From an uncultured Lachnospiraceae bacterium (GTDB lineage: Bacteria > Bacillota > Clostridia > Lachnospirales > Lachnospiraceae): a stretch of DNA of 49,083 bases. The notes under the pieces were generated by a model that made no database searches, was not told the DNA's origin, and worked only from the letters and a program-made list of their open reading frames with translations. Below, piece after piece: positions 18,978-28,459 of the stretch. The translations under genes were made by a program, and so were the position numbers. The DNA lies in contig CACXGR010000262.1 in the NCBI GenBank assembly GCA_902767235.1, positions 1 to 49,083 on the forward strand. The letters are read 5' to 3'. Within the stretch, counting starts at the first letter, position 1, and every line of letters begins with the position of its first letter.

Positions 18978-19760
18978 TCAGAGGGGTGTTCTGCCGCAGC
19001 ACAGACCGCCTCCGCCGCAGAACATGTTGAGGAAGAGGTTGAGCAGGCACAGGCGCAGACACCACTGTCCTGAGTCGTAAGGCTGGACATACGTGCTCTT
19101 CCTTTCCTGATACATGCTGCTGCCCCTTGAGAGCTGGGTGACCAGGTTCTGATAGGAGTAGTTATTGGGCTCCATTTCTGCCGCGACCCTGGCCTGCTCC
19201 AGTGCCTGGGCGTGATTGCCGAGGCCTGCGTTCGCGATCGCGCTGTAGTAGTACCAGACGGAGCTGTGGTCCTGAATGCTGTCCAGGACGTTGAGCGCCT
19301 CTGTGTAGTGCCTGCTGTTGATATAGCTGGCGGCGGCCCGGAGATAGCGCTCATCGTCCGTCTCCGGCGCCGTTCTGCGCGCCTGCTGATAATATCCGGC
19401 GTACCCGCTGCTGAAGAAGTCGTTGAAGAAGTCCTCCCAGTTTGTGTAAAACTGTCCGCCGGTGCCGCCCGCGGAGCGGTAGGGATTGCCGTCGCTGTAT
19501 CCGCTCCGGTAAGGATTGGGACCGGCGCCTGTGCCTGCGCTCTGCGAGCCTGCGGAAGAAGCATAGGGATGCTGTCGCTCATAGATGATCTGCTGATACG
19601 CTTCCTGCACAAGCTTGAACATCTCCTCCGCCTTCTCTTTGTTGGGATTGTTGATATTGGCATCGGGATGGTATTTTTTGCTAAGGGTACGGTAGGCCTT
19701 TTTTATATCTTCGTCGGAGGCGTCTCTCTCGACGCCTAGAACCTTATACGGATCACTCAT
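18978..19760 (-). CDS. J-domain (DnaJ-like) protein with a TPR-like region and Cys-rich hydrophobic C-terminus
   Basis: DPYKVLGV...[14 protein letters not shown] (HPD motif); helical repeat region; ends [24 protein letters not shown]. Confidence 0.85.
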   Translation of the reverse strand: MSDPYKVLGVERDASDEDIKKAYRTLSKKYHPDANINNPNKEKAEEMFKLVQEAYQQIIYERQHPYASSAGSQSAGTGAGPNPYRSGYSDGNPYRSAGGTGGQFYTNWEDFFNDFFSSGYAGYYQQARRTAPETDDERYLRAAASYINSRHYTEALNVLDSIQDHSSVWYYYSAIANAGLGNHAQALEQARVAAEMEPNNYSYQNLVTQLSRGSSMYQERKSTYVQPYDSGQWCLRLCLLNLFLNMFCGGGGLCCGRTPL

Positions 19761-20667
19761 CTTGTGCGGTCCTTTCTGTGGGAGTATCTGCGGGCACAGA
19801 AGCCGATTCGGCCGCTTTCGCCCGCTTTATGCACTTTTCTTCGAATTTGCACCATATTCCAGAATACAGTATATTTCGAAGGATATCAATATTTTCGACA
19901 ATAGGCAAGGTCTCAAATGCCGCGGAGCACTCAGAAGCTGCCATAGTCAGTATTCCTCTTACATATTCCTCGAGATCGGTTCTTTCTCTGAAAGGCAGGA
20001 GCGGGTTGATGCTTCCCGAAGCCGCGTCCTTCTCCAGATCGTCAAATGCATCCAGTACATAGATGAATCTCCCGAGGAAAAAACCGATCCTGCGCAGGGC
20101 GGGACTCCACATGTCGCCCTTGCAGTCAAATATCTCAGCCATCAGATCGCCGAAAATGCCGCTGGCCCGATCCAGGAGGACCGGAGGGGAGAGCTCGTCT
20201 TTGCCGCTGTCCATAGCGCCGGCTTCCAGCACATGCAGTTCATCCAGCTTGCGGGCGATAAACGCCGCCTTATCGGCATAGATCTGCGATGCCTTCTCAC
20301 ACTTTTTTCTGAGGAGGGAAGCCATCAGCTTCTTCTTGCTGTCCCGCTCGTCATTCCAGTCATCCAGGCAGGCGTGATAGGAGAGGATGATGCCCATATC
20401 CGCGGCATATCCTGTGTATTCATTCTGTCTTGTGGGATGCTTTTCCAGGGGGTGCACGGCGCAGCGCACGTCTCTGAGCCGCTCTTTTGGTTCATACAGA
20501 CTCGTCAGAAGAAGCGCGAGGAAGACTGTGTCATAGCTGAGCGTGAGCCTGCCGGTTTGGCCGTAGGACGCCTTGAGATCCATGCACATACCGCAGTAAT
20601 AGGAACGATAAAGATGATATTCTCTGATCCGCAGCTCAGATTCATTGACAATGACATAACCAAACAT
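19753..20667 (-). CDS. Conserved hypothetical protein (DUF5685-like)
   Basis: MFGYV...YRSYYCGMC...RLTLSYD...[16 protein letters not shown]...ILRNILYSG; overlaps the J-domain gene start. Confidence 0.7.
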   Translation of the reverse strand: MFGYVIVNESELRIREYHLYRSYYCGMCMDLKASYGQTGRLTLSYDTVFLALLLTSLYEPKERLRDVRCAVHPLEKHPTRQNEYTGYAADMGIILSYHACLDDWNDERDSKKKLMASLLRKKCEKASQIYADKAAFIARKLDELHVLEAGAMDSGKDELSPPVLLDRASGIFGDLMAEIFDCKGDMWSPALRRIGFFLGRFIYVLDAFDDLEKDAASGSINPLLPFRERTDLEEYVRGILTMAASECSAAFETLPIVENIDILRNILYSGIWCKFEEKCIKRAKAAESASVPADTPTERTAQDE

Positions 20668-20707
20668 CAGCCGGCTCCTGCAAAAAATAGTATTGATCCA
20701 ACACACT

Positions 20708-20736
20708 ATTATAACCCAGAGATGATAAAATGCCAA
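20708..20736 (-). promoter_or_regulatory. Sigma70-type promoter for the DUF5685-like/J-domain pair
   Basis: On the minus strand: TTGGCA, 17 bp spacer, TATAAT. Confidence 0.6.
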
Positions 20737-20764
20737 AAAAATAATGGCCGGTCAGACCGGCCAT
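20735..20764 (-). terminator. Rho-independent terminator of the zinc-ribbon gene
   Basis: ATGGCCGGTC-x-GACCGGCCAT inverted repeat followed on the minus strand by TA and a T-run. Confidence 0.7.
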
Positions 20765-20782
20765 ATTCCATTCTTGATCTAT

Positions 20783-21190
20783 TCAGCTCTTTTTGTGGAA
20801 CTCGAAACCGCATTTGGGGCAGCGCACCATGATGTGTCCCTTTCCGCGGGGAATGCGGATCTTCTGGCTGCACTGGGGACACTTATAAATGTGATAGTCC
20901 TTGAGCCGGGAAAAATTGCTCTCCAGGTCCGTGAAGTTCCCCGTGATCTTGTCCTTCAGGTGCAGGAATTTCTGGTTTTCCTCATAGCGCTTGGGAATAT
21001 TGCGCGAGAACATCCTGAAGTAGAGAACCACAAGAAGAGCAAGCGTGATGAGTCCGGAGAAGGGGATCCTGACAAAGAACCCCAGGACAATGATGATCAT
21101 GAGCACGATCGAGAGAAAGCGCGATAAACTGTCTACGCCGTATCTCCCCTGCATGAATTTGGAAAAACGATATTTCAGATCATTAAGCAT
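20783..21190 (-). CDS. Membrane protein with a C-terminal zinc ribbon
   Basis: FMQGRYGVD, two hydrophobic helices, CPQC...RIPRGKG...CPKC. Confidence 0.8.
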   Translation of the reverse strand: MLNDLKYRFSKFMQGRYGVDSLSRFLSIVLMIIIVLGFFVRIPFSGLITLALLVVLYFRMFSRNIPKRYEENQKFLHLKDKITGNFTDLESNFSRLKDYHIYKCPQCSQKIRIPRGKGHIMVRCPKCGFEFHKKS

Positions 21191-21357
21191 ATTTAGTCAA
21201 TCCCTTACATATTACGGTCAATAAGGTGCCGGATGATAACAGCGAAGCACCTTTTAAGGAAAAAGCAATGAAAAAATCTGCATTCGCTTCCATTGTAGTG
21301 TAAAGCCGTGTGAATTCAAGAAAGAAAAGAAAAAAATAGTATAAAAAAACAGTGAAC

Positions 21358-21663
21358 TCAGAGGATCAGTCCGGTCACGAACACGGCTGCGCAGCAGGAG
21401 AGCGCCACGACGAAGAGGTCGCCCTTGTACCAGGCGGTCAGAAGTCCCACAATGAGCGCCGCGATACCGCTGCGGATGTCATTCGTGGCGGTGATGATCG
21501 CCGGAAAGGTCATGACAGCGAGCGTGACATAGGGGACATAGTACAAAAAAGAACGAAGCCAGGTATTGGTGATCTCCCTGCGAAATACCAGAAAAGGGAG
21601 CATTCGGATGCAGTACACAGTGAGACACATGATCAGCAGCGAAGGATATACACCGGGGTTCAT
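21358..21663 (-). CDS. azlD: AzlD-family branched-chain amino acid export subunit
   Basis: About 101 aa, hydrophobic; YCIRMLPF, SFLYYVPYVTLAVMTFP; downstream of azlC. Confidence 0.78.
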   Translation of the reverse strand: MNPGVYPSLLIMCLTVYCIRMLPFLVFRREITNTWLRSFLYYVPYVTLAVMTFPAIITATNDIRSGIAALIVGLLTAWYKGDLFVVALSCCAAVFVTGLIL

Positions 21664-21721
21664 ATTGCTACCTCCGTTATCAAAAAAGATCAAAAGGATC
21701 AGGATTTACAGCAAAAAGTGG

Positions 21722-22477
21722 TCAGGAAGCGGCTTTGGCTTCCTCGACCGGATGAATGAAGGCGGCCGCGCCGGCAATCAGAAGCGTGAGGATGATCACT
21801 TTAAAGCCGCCGGATATATCTCTCAGTACCGGAAGCAGGGAGAACAGTCCGCTCGACGCCATGGAGATCAAAACGAGACCGGCGATGAAGCGGTCCTTTT
21901 TGGAAGGCGGTATGATGATCGCCAGGAACATGCCGTAGAGGGAGACGCTCAGTGCATTGACGGCCCAGTCCGGCATGATATTGCCCATCAGGACGCCCAG
22001 GACGGTGCCGGTCGTCCAGCCAGCCACCGAGACAATGGTCATGCCGTAGGTGTAGAAGGGATTGAGATATCCCTCCACAGCGCTGGAAAGTCCGAAGATC
22101 TCATCCGTTATGCAGTAGGGCAGCAGAAAACGATGGTAAAAGGGAAGATCGGGACTGAGCTTCTGGGAGAGAGAGCAGCTCATAAGGAAATACCGGAGAT
22201 TGACCACGATACAGGTGGTGATCATCTCGATGACGCCCGCGCTGGACTGGATCAGCACAATGGCGGCGAATTCCCCTGCGGAGGCCACCATGCCCATGGA
22301 CATCAGGCCTGCCTGAAGCGCGTTCATGCCGATCCCGCGCGCGGTGATCCCGAGGGCGAAAGAGACGGCAAAATATCCCATGCAGATCGGGATCCCGTCC
22401 CGCAGACCTCTCCGAAACCAGGGGAGATCACCGCCGGGGCTCATATTTTTCACGCTTTTTTTATCAGATTGTGTCAT
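21722..22477 (-). CDS. azlC: AzlC-family branched-chain amino acid export permease
   Basis: GLRDGIPICMGY, ASAGEFA, VNLRYFLMS, ITDEIF. Confidence 0.88.
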   Translation of the reverse strand: MTQSDKKSVKNMSPGGDLPWFRRGLRDGIPICMGYFAVSFALGITARGIGMNALQAGLMSMGMVASAGEFAAIVLIQSSAGVIEMITTCIVVNLRYFLMSCSLSQKLSPDLPFYHRFLLPYCITDEIFGLSSAVEGYLNPFYTYGMTIVSVAGWTTGTVLGVLMGNIMPDWAVNALSVSLYGMFLAIIIPPSKKDRFIAGLVLISMASSGLFSLLPVLRDISGGFKVIILTLLIAGAAAFIHPVEEAKAAS

Positions 22478-22629
22478 AGTACTTTACAATTTATGGTAGA
22501 ATGTTTACGTTGCGAATATGTATTATACCATTTATGAATTGATTCTGCACGGAAGATTCTTGTGTTTATGTTTGTCACGGATGAGATAAACGCATTTTTC
22601 CTGCGCGGCAGAAGGAAAGAGAGGAGATC

Positions 22630-22803
22630 ATGCTGCCTGCCGATCCCGATATGCTGGCCAGCTTTTTGAATATGAAGCTCAGGGACCACTATGCGTCGCT
22701 TGATATTCTTTGCGACGATATGGAACTGGACAAGGAGGAGATCGTACGAAAGCTCAAGGAGGCGGACTACGACTATATTCCCGAGCGCAACCAGTTTCTG
22801 TAA
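22630..22803 (+). CDS. Small DUF4250-like protein (57 aa; not in the ORF track)
   Basis: RBS GAGGAG; MLPADPDMLASFLNMKLRDHYASLDILCDDMELDKEEIVRKLKEADYDYIPERNQFL then stop. Confidence 0.8.
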   Translation: MLPADPDMLASFLNMKLRDHYASLDILCDDMELDKEEIVRKLKEADYDYIPERNQFL

Positions 22804-22848
22804 TCATATGCGCAATCAGAAATCTAAATGATCAAGGAGAAATGAAAA

Positions 22849-25548
22849 ATGCGGAAAATGCTCGCCAAAACCTACGATCCTCAGGGAATCGAGGACCGGA
22901 TCTATAAAAACTGGGAGGATAAGAAGTACTTTCACGCGGAAGTGGACTACAGCAAAAAGCCATTTACCATCGTGATCCCCCCGCCGAATATCACCGGACA
23001 GCTTCACATGGGGCACGCTTTGGACAACACCATGCAGGATATCCTGATCCGCTGGAAGCGCATGCAGGGATATAACGCCCTCTGGCAGCCCGGCACAGAC
23101 CACGCTTCCATCGCCACGGAAGTCAAGATCATCAATAATCTCAAGGAACAGGGGATCAACAAACAGGACCTTGGCCGCGATAAGTTCCTGGAGTACTGCT
23201 GGGACTGGAGAAAGGAATACGGCGGCAGGATCGTAAACCAGCTCAAAAAACTGGGCTCCTCCTGCGACTGGGACCGCGAGCGCTTCACCATGGACGAAGG
23301 CTGCAACAAGGCCGTCACGGAAGTCTTTGTGAAGATGCACAAAAAGGGCTGGATCTACAAGGGCAGCAGGATCATCAACTGGTGTCCGGTCTGCAATACC
23401 TCCATTTCCGACGCCGAAGTGCAGTATGAGGAGCAGGCAGGCCACTTCTGGCACATCAAGTATCCTCTGGTAGAAGAAGACGGCTCCGTTTCCAAGACCA
23501 CTTTCCTTGAATTTGCCACGACCCGTCCCGAGACCATGCTCGGCGATACGGCCGTCGCCGTGCATCCCGAGGATGAGCGCTATAAGGACCTGATCGGACG
23601 CTATGCCTGGCTTCCCTTTGTGGACAGGAAGATCCCGATCGTGGCCGACGAGTACGTGGACAGAGAGTTCGGTACCGGCGTCGTCAAGATCACGCCCGCC
23701 CATGACCCCAACGATTTCGAGGTCGGAAAGCGCCATAACCTGCCCGAGATCAACATCATGAACGATGACGCCACCATCAACGAGAACGGCGGCAAGTTCT
23801 GCGGCATGGACAGATATGAGGCGAGAGCGCAGATCGTCAGAGAACTGGATGAGATGGGTCTTCTTGTCCGCATTGAGGACTACAGCCACAATGTCGGTAC
23901 GCACGACAGATGCGGGACGACGGTCGAGCCCCTGATCAAGCAGCAGTGGTTCGTGAAGATGGACGAACTCATCAAGCCGGCGGTCAAGGCCGTCAAGGAG
24001 GGCGAGATCCGTCTGATCCCCAAAAGAATGGAGAAGACATACTTCAACTGGACAGACAACATCCGCGACTGGTGTATCAGCCGCCAGCTCTGGTGGGGAC
24101 ACAGGATCCCGGCGTATTACTGCGACGAGTGCGGCGAGACGGTCGTCGCCAAAGAAGCGCCTTCCGCCTGCCCTGTGTGCGGCTGCAAGCATCTGACGCA
24201 GGATCCCGATACCCTCGATACCTGGTTCTCCAGCGCCCTGTGGCCCTTCAGCACACTGGGATGGCCGGAGATGACAGAGGATCTCAAATATTTTTACCCG
24301 ACCGATGTGCTGGTGACCGGCTATGACATTATCTTCTTCTGGGTCATCCGCATGATCTTCTCCGGCTATGAGCAGATGGGAGAGAGACCTTTTAAGAGCG
24401 TCCTTTTCCACGGTCTGGTCAGAGACGCCCAGGGCCGCAAGATGTCCAAATCCCTGGGCAACGGCATCGATCCGCTGCAGATCATCAGGGATTACGGCGC
24501 GGACGCGCTCAGAATGACCCTGATCACCGGAAATGCTCCCGGCAATGACATGCGCTTCTACGATGAGAGAGTCATCGCGAACCGCAACTTTGCCAATAAG
24601 ATCTGGAACGCGTCCCGTTTCATCATGATGAACCTCCCTGAGGAGGGCTCGGATGCGGAAGCGGCACTCATGTCCCTCATCGATGCGGACAAGGTCCCCG
24701 AGGGGATCGCCGCGGAGGACAAGTGGATCCTGTCCCGCCTGAACGACACCGTGAAGGCGGTGACGGAAAATATGGAAAAATTCGAGCTGGGCATCGCAGT
24801 CCAGAAGATCTACGACTTTATGTGGGACGAGTTCTGCGACTGGTACATCGAAATGGTCAAGCCCAGGCTCTACAAGACGGATGACGAGGGCAGCAAGACG
24901 GCGGCGCTGTGGACCCTGCAGAAGGTCCTGATCACAGGGCTCAAGCTCCTTCATCCCTACATGCCTTTCATCACAGAGGAGATCTTCACCACGGTCCAGA
25001 GCAAAGAAGAATCCATCATGATCTCCTCCTGGCCCGAGGAAAGGGAAGACTTCCGCTTCCCCCACGAGGAAGAGGCGATCGAGAACATCAAGAACGCCGT
25101 GCGCGCTGTCCGCGCTGTCAGAAACGAGCGCCATGTCGCGCCTTCGAGAAAGGCCAAGATCTTTGTGGTCTCCGACAGAAAAGAGATCCTGTCCATGTTC
25201 GAGGAGAACCGGCTCTTCTTCGAGACGCTGGCTTCGGCATCGGAGACGGCGCTGTGCGAAGACAAATCAGAGGTCCCCGAAGGAGCGCTCAGCGTGATCC
25301 TTCCTTTTGCCGCGCTCTACCTCCCTCTCGCGGACCTGATGGATGTGTCCGCAGAGATCGCAAGACTCGAGAAAGAGGAGAAGAGGCTGCAGGGCGAACT
25401 GAAGAGGAGCGCCGGAATGCTGAGCAACGAGAAGTTTTTGGCGAAGGCTCCCGCCGCCAAGATCGAGGCGGAGAAAGAGAAGCAGAAAGCCTATGAGGAG
25501 CAGATGAGAGGCGTTCGTGAAGAGCTGGAGAATCTCAGAAAGCTTTGA
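22849..25548 (+). CDS. valS: Valine--tRNA ligase
   Basis: [31 protein letters not shown]-terminal coiled coil. Confidence 0.98.
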   Translation: MRKMLAKTYDPQGIEDRIYKNWEDKKYFHAEVDYSKKPFTIVIPPPNITGQLHMGHALDNTMQDILIRWKRMQGYNALWQPGTDHASIATEVKIINNLKEQGINKQDLGRDKFLEYCWDWRKEYGGRIVNQLKKLGSSCDWDRERFTMDEGCNKAVTEVFVKMHKKGWIYKGSRIINWCPVCNTSISDAEVQYEEQAGHFWHIKYPLVEEDGSVSKTTFLEFATTRPETMLGDTAVAVHPEDERYKDLIGRYAWLPFVDRKIPIVADEYVDREFGTGVVKITPAHDPNDFEVGKRHNLPEINIMNDDATINENGGKFCGMDRYEARAQIVRELDEMGLLVRIEDYSHNVGTHDRCGTTVEPLIKQQWFVKMDELIKPAVKAVKEGEIRLIPKRMEKTYFNWTDNIRDWCISRQLWWGHRIPAYYCDECGETVVAKEAPSACPVCGCKHLTQDPDTLDTWFSSALWPFSTLGWPEMTEDLKYFYPTDVLVTGYDIIFFWVIRMIFSGYEQMGERPFKSVLFHGLVRDAQGRKMSKSLGNGIDPLQIIRDYGADALRMTLITGNAPGNDMRFYDERVIANRNFANKIWNASRFIMMNLPEEGSDAEAALMSLIDADKVPEGIAAEDKWILSRLNDTVKAVTENMEKFELGIAVQKIYDFMWDEFCDWYIEMVKPRLYKTDDEGSKTAALWTLQKVLITGLKLLHPYMPFITEEIFTTVQSKEESIMISSWPEEREDFRFPHEEEAIENIKNAVRAVRAVRNERHVAPSRKAKIFVVSDRKEILSMFEENRLFFETLASASETALCEDKSEVPEGALSVILPFAALYLPLADLMDVSAEIARLEKEEKRLQGELKRSAGMLSNEKFLAKAPAAKIEAEKEKQKAYEEQMRGVREELENLRKL

Positions 25549-25578
25549 TACCGGATCTCGCTTTCCGGATAAGGATCA

Positions 25579-25608
25579 CAAAGGCGCGGTATACAAGCCG
25601 CGCCTTTG
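25579..25608 (+). other. Stem-loop between valS and folC
   Basis: CAAAGGCGCGG-N8-CCGCGCCTTTG perfect inverted repeat. Confidence 0.6.
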
Positions 25609-25621
25609 CATGTAATGATAA

Positions 25622-27040
25622 ATGACAGCGACAGGATCGGAGGGACCGGTTATGATAACTGCGGGATCAGATGATATCTCCGTCAGGATGCAGAGGGCAC
25701 AGGAGTACCTGAACTCCACTCTGCGATTCACATCGAAGAACACGCTGGATGATCTGAAAGAATATCTGAAGAGGCTCGGCGTGCCGGCAGACGGAATGAA
25801 GATCGTCCACGTGGCGGGGACGAACGGAAAGGGCAGCGTCTGCTCCCAGATCGCATCCTGCCTCAGAGAAGCCGGATTCAGGGTCGGACTCTTTATATCG
25901 CCCCATCTGTCGGACATCCGTGAGCGAATGACCATTGACGGAGAGATGATCTCTGAAGAAAAGTTTCTCGCCTGCTTTGAGACCGTAAGGAAAGAGGCAG
26001 AAGCGGCTGCGGGGGACGGACTGCCGCACCCGCTCTATTTTGACTATCTGTTTCTGATGGCCATGATCTGGTTTTCCGAAGAAAAGCCGGATTATCTGAT
26101 CCTTGAGACCGGACTGGGCGGGCGTCTGGACGCCACGAACAGCATCGACTGCAAAGTGATGACGGTCATCACGAGGATCGGTCTGGATCACACCAAGTAT
26201 CTGGGAGATACCGTGGGAAAGATCGCGGCCCAGAAGGCGGGCATTCTGCGAAAAGACTGCCCGGCCGTCTTTCTGGACGATCCCCGGGAGGCCTTTCTTT
26301 CCATAAAAGAGACAGCCGAGAGGGTCGGCGCGCCCGTCATCGCGGTGACAGGATCCATGTGGGAGGTGCTGCGCAGCGATGAGAACGGCATTGATTTTTT
26401 ACTGCACACTCGGTATGATAAAAATCTGCGGGTCCATATTCCCGGCCGGGCACTGTATCAGTGCGAGAACGCAGCGCTGGCAGCGACCGCTGCCCGGATC
26501 CTCCTTGGCAGAGAAGGCTGCACGGACTGCAATGTGATCCGGCGGGGGATCGAAAACAACCGCTGGCCCGGCAGGATGGAAGAGATACTGCCGGACGTCT
26601 GGATCGACGGCGCCCATAATCCGGACGGGATGAGGGCTTTTCTGGAGAGTATCAGGAATGCATCGGAGCGCGGTGTGAAAGGAGAGCAGCCCGTCAGGCG
26701 GATCCTGCTCTTTTCCTGCATGAAGGATAAGGACTACAGGCAGGAACTCAGAATGATCGGGCGCTCCGGTCTCTTTGCGGAGATCGCAGCGGTCCCCATG
26801 AGCGGCAGCCGGGCATTGGGGGCGGAGGACTTGCGGCATCTGATCGGGGAATGTGCGGACGGCGTCACGGTCCGTTCCTGCGCCTCGGTGAACGATGCGG
26901 TACGGGATTATGTGCTCGCAAAAGAGAGCGGCACGGAAGTATATGCGGCGGGCTCGATCTATCTGATCGGCGAGATCAGGGACCTGGTCGAAAAGCGCCG
27001 CCGGGAAATCAATGAGAACGGAATAACTGAAGGTATATAA
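25622..27040 (+). CDS. folC: Folylpolyglutamate synthase/dihydrofolate synthase (start uncertain)
   Basis: HVAGTNGKGS, SPHL, ETGLGGRLDATN, IGLDHT, WPGRME, DGAHN. Confidence 0.93.
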   Translation: MTATGSEGPVMITAGSDDISVRMQRAQEYLNSTLRFTSKNTLDDLKEYLKRLGVPADGMKIVHVAGTNGKGSVCSQIASCLREAGFRVGLFISPHLSDIRERMTIDGEMISEEKFLACFETVRKEAEAAAGDGLPHPLYFDYLFLMAMIWFSEEKPDYLILETGLGGRLDATNSIDCKVMTVITRIGLDHTKYLGDTVGKIAAQKAGILRKDCPAVFLDDPREAFLSIKETAERVGAPVIAVTGSMWEVLRSDENGIDFLLHTRYDKNLRVHIPGRALYQCENAALAATAARILLGREGCTDCNVIRRGIENNRWPGRMEEILPDVWIDGAHNPDGMRAFLESIRNASERGVKGEQPVRRILLFSCMKDKDYRQELRMIGRSGLFAEIAAVPMSGSRALGAEDLRHLIGECADGVTVRSCASVNDAVRDYVLAKESGTEVYAAGSIYLIGEIRDLVEKRRREINENGITEGI

Positions 27041-28402
27041 ATGATCTTATTCAACAGCCTGAAGTTCATATTCAGGTTTTTTCCCATATTCCTTGCGGTC
27101 TACTATCTGACGCCCGCAAGATTCAGAGAGATCATCCTGTTTTTCGGCAGCATCATATTCTATGCCATGGGAACAGGGCGGATGGCGCTTGCCCTGATCG
27201 GGCTGACGCTGATCAACTATTTCCTGGGAAAACTGGTCTTTTCGAGAAAAACGGGAAATGTGAAGAGCAGCAGCCGGAAGGCTTTTATCGCCGCTATGGT
27301 GATCGATGTCGGCTCTCTGGTCCTGTTCAAGGTGCTGGCCGGCTTCACCAGGGACGTCGTCCTGCCGCTGGGATTCAGTTTCTACCTCTTTAAGATGATC
27401 TCTTATCAGGCGGATCTCTTCCGCGGAGAGATCAAGAGACAGCCGGAGATCCTGGATACGGTCGTCTATTTCACAATGTTCACACAGGTGACCCAGGGAC
27501 CGATCATGCGCTATAACAACGTGGGATTCGAGAAGCGGGAGAGAACCGTGTCGGTGAAAGCCTTTAACGACGGAATGTTCTTTTTTGTCCTGGGACTGGG
27601 CATGAAAGTCCTTGTGGCGGATCCGCTGAGCATTCTGTGGAATGAGATCTCCAAGATCGGATATGAGAGCATCTCCACGCCGCTGGCCTGGATGGGCGCA
27701 GTGGGCTATTCTCTCAGACTATATATGGATTTCTGGGGATATTCCCTTATGGCGGCTGGAATCGGCATGATGCTGGGATTCCACTTCGTGGTAAACTTTA
27801 TGCATCCCTACTGGGCCTACGGAATAGCGGATTTTTACCGCCGTTGGCACACAACGCTGGGGAGCTGGTTCAGGGATTATGTCTACATCCCCTTGGGCGG
27901 CAGCCGGAAGGGCAGACTGCGCACAGCGCTCAACCTGATCGTTGTATGGCTGCTGACAGGCCTCTGGCACGGCATCACGCCCAACTATCTGATCTGGGCA
28001 GGCGTTCTGGTCCTTCTGATCCTATGGGAAAAGTTCGTCGCCGCAAGACTGATGGATGCGCTGCCCATTCTGGGACATCTGCATGTGTGGTTCTTGATCC
28101 CGCTCACCTGGGTGATTTTTGCGATCCCGGACGTAAACGGCATTCTTTCCTATTTTCAGAGGCTGTTTCCCTTCTTCGGGAGCGGGATCAATGTCAACCG
28201 GGGCGATTATATCAAACAGATGATCAATTACTGGCCCTATCTGGGCGCCGGTCTCATGCTGTGCACGCCGCACTGGTACAGACTGATCGTAAAAAACAGG
28301 AGGCGTATGCCCGTCATGATCATCATGGCGGCCGTGTTCTGGATCTCTGTCTACAGGATCGTGATCGCGGCCAGCAATCCCTTCATGTATTTCAGCTTCT
28401 AA
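27041..28402 (+). CDS. MBOAT family O-acyltransferase (AlgI/PatA/DltB-like)
   Basis: LPLGFSFYLF, QGPIMRY, DFWGYS, FYRRWHTTLGSWFRDYVYIPLGG, TGLWHG (catalytic His), NPFMYFSF. Confidence 0.92.
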   Translation: MILFNSLKFIFRFFPIFLAVYYLTPARFREIILFFGSIIFYAMGTGRMALALIGLTLINYFLGKLVFSRKTGNVKSSSRKAFIAAMVIDVGSLVLFKVLAGFTRDVVLPLGFSFYLFKMISYQADLFRGEIKRQPEILDTVVYFTMFTQVTQGPIMRYNNVGFEKRERTVSVKAFNDGMFFFVLGLGMKVLVADPLSILWNEISKIGYESISTPLAWMGAVGYSLRLYMDFWGYSLMAAGIGMMLGFHFVVNFMHPYWAYGIADFYRRWHTTLGSWFRDYVYIPLGGSRKGRLRTALNLIVVWLLTGLWHGITPNYLIWAGVLVLLILWEKFVAARLMDALPILGHLHVWFLIPLTWVIFAIPDVNGILSYFQRLFPFFGSGINVNRGDYIKQMINYWPYLGAGLMLCTPHWYRLIVKNRRRMPVMIIMAAVFWISVYRIVIAASNPFMYFSF

Positions 28403-28459
28403 AGAGGAAGAAAGGCGGGGCGGACATGGATCCGTCCGCTGTATTTTGGAGATATATCT

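Noticed and set aside
22710-22907. 65-aa ORF from the track upstream of valS
   Set aside because: Overlaps the better-supported DUF4250-like ORF and the valS start; no RBS.
22816-25134. 772-aa minus-strand ORF opposite valS (likewise 39039-40643, 30048-31379, 18365-19663 and other long overlapping ORFs)
   Set aside because: Antisense or alternative-frame ORFs over conserved genes, lacking RBS or domain features.
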